NCBI RefSeq assembly: GCF_014857065.1
Contig: NZ_CP046533.1
Location: forward strand, 270,001-302,000
DNA from: Candidatus Saccharimonadota bacterium
GTDB taxonomy: Bacteria > Pseudomonadota > Gammaproteobacteria > Enterobacterales > Enterobacteriaceae
Length of the DNA: 32,000 nt
Direction: 5' to 3'
A model generated the notes under the pieces. The model had not been told where the DNA came from and did not search any database. It worked only from the letters and a program-made list of their open reading frames with translations. A program made the translations under genes and the position numbers. Shown here one piece after another: positions 31,984 to 32,000 of the stretch (its first letter is position 1; each line of letters opens with the position of its first letter).

Positions 31984-32000
31984 TAAGATAATGAAATTAT

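Overview
This 32-kb window is very AT-rich and gene-dense. It looks like the reduced genome of an obligate insect endosymbiont derived from Enterobacterales. A Blochmannia-like organism is my best guess, because a full sulfate-reduction pathway and aroF-tyrA-pheA are both retained, but I cannot confirm this without a database search. I can support 27 protein genes and 2 tRNA genes. Of the protein genes, 24 lie on the minus strand, as do both tRNAs.

Gene content is pure housekeeping and follows E. coli synteny blocks:
- bamD, pheA, then tyrA-aroF on the opposite strand
- rplS-trmD-rimM-rpsP and ffh
- tRNA-Arg, tRNA-Ser, csrA, alaS
- nlpD, ispF-ispD-ftsB
- cysC-cysN-cysD-cysG and cysH-cysI-cysJ
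- eno, pyrG
- after a synteny break, erpA, mrcB and dksA

csrA (56 aa) is absent from the supplied ORF track; I found it by reading the sequence. Several track ORFs (rpsP, eno, erpA, cysG, probably pheA) carry spurious N-terminal extensions, and I give trimmed starts for them.

I found no mobile elements, CRISPR arrays, toxin-antitoxin or defence genes, and no unexplained multi-gene cluster. My honest reading is that this window does not contain a novel biological system.

The observations most worth a second look are signatures of reductive evolution:
- PheA is reduced to a stand-alone prephenate dehydratase domain, with both the chorismate mutase and ACT regulatory domains cleanly gone.
- TyrA keeps its chorismate mutase domain but has a degenerate NAD-binding glycine loop.
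- BamD has no lipobox cysteine.
- The csrA leader carries GGA motifs.
- All seven sulfate-to-sulfide genes sit in one contiguous block.
- Two spacers of about 0.7-0.8 kb are gene-free, sit at positions of large ancestral deletions or rearrangement, and show strong strand compositional skew.
- Many A8-A10 runs lie in frame inside genes.

All homology statements come from my recollection of E. coli protein sequences and motifs. No searches were run.
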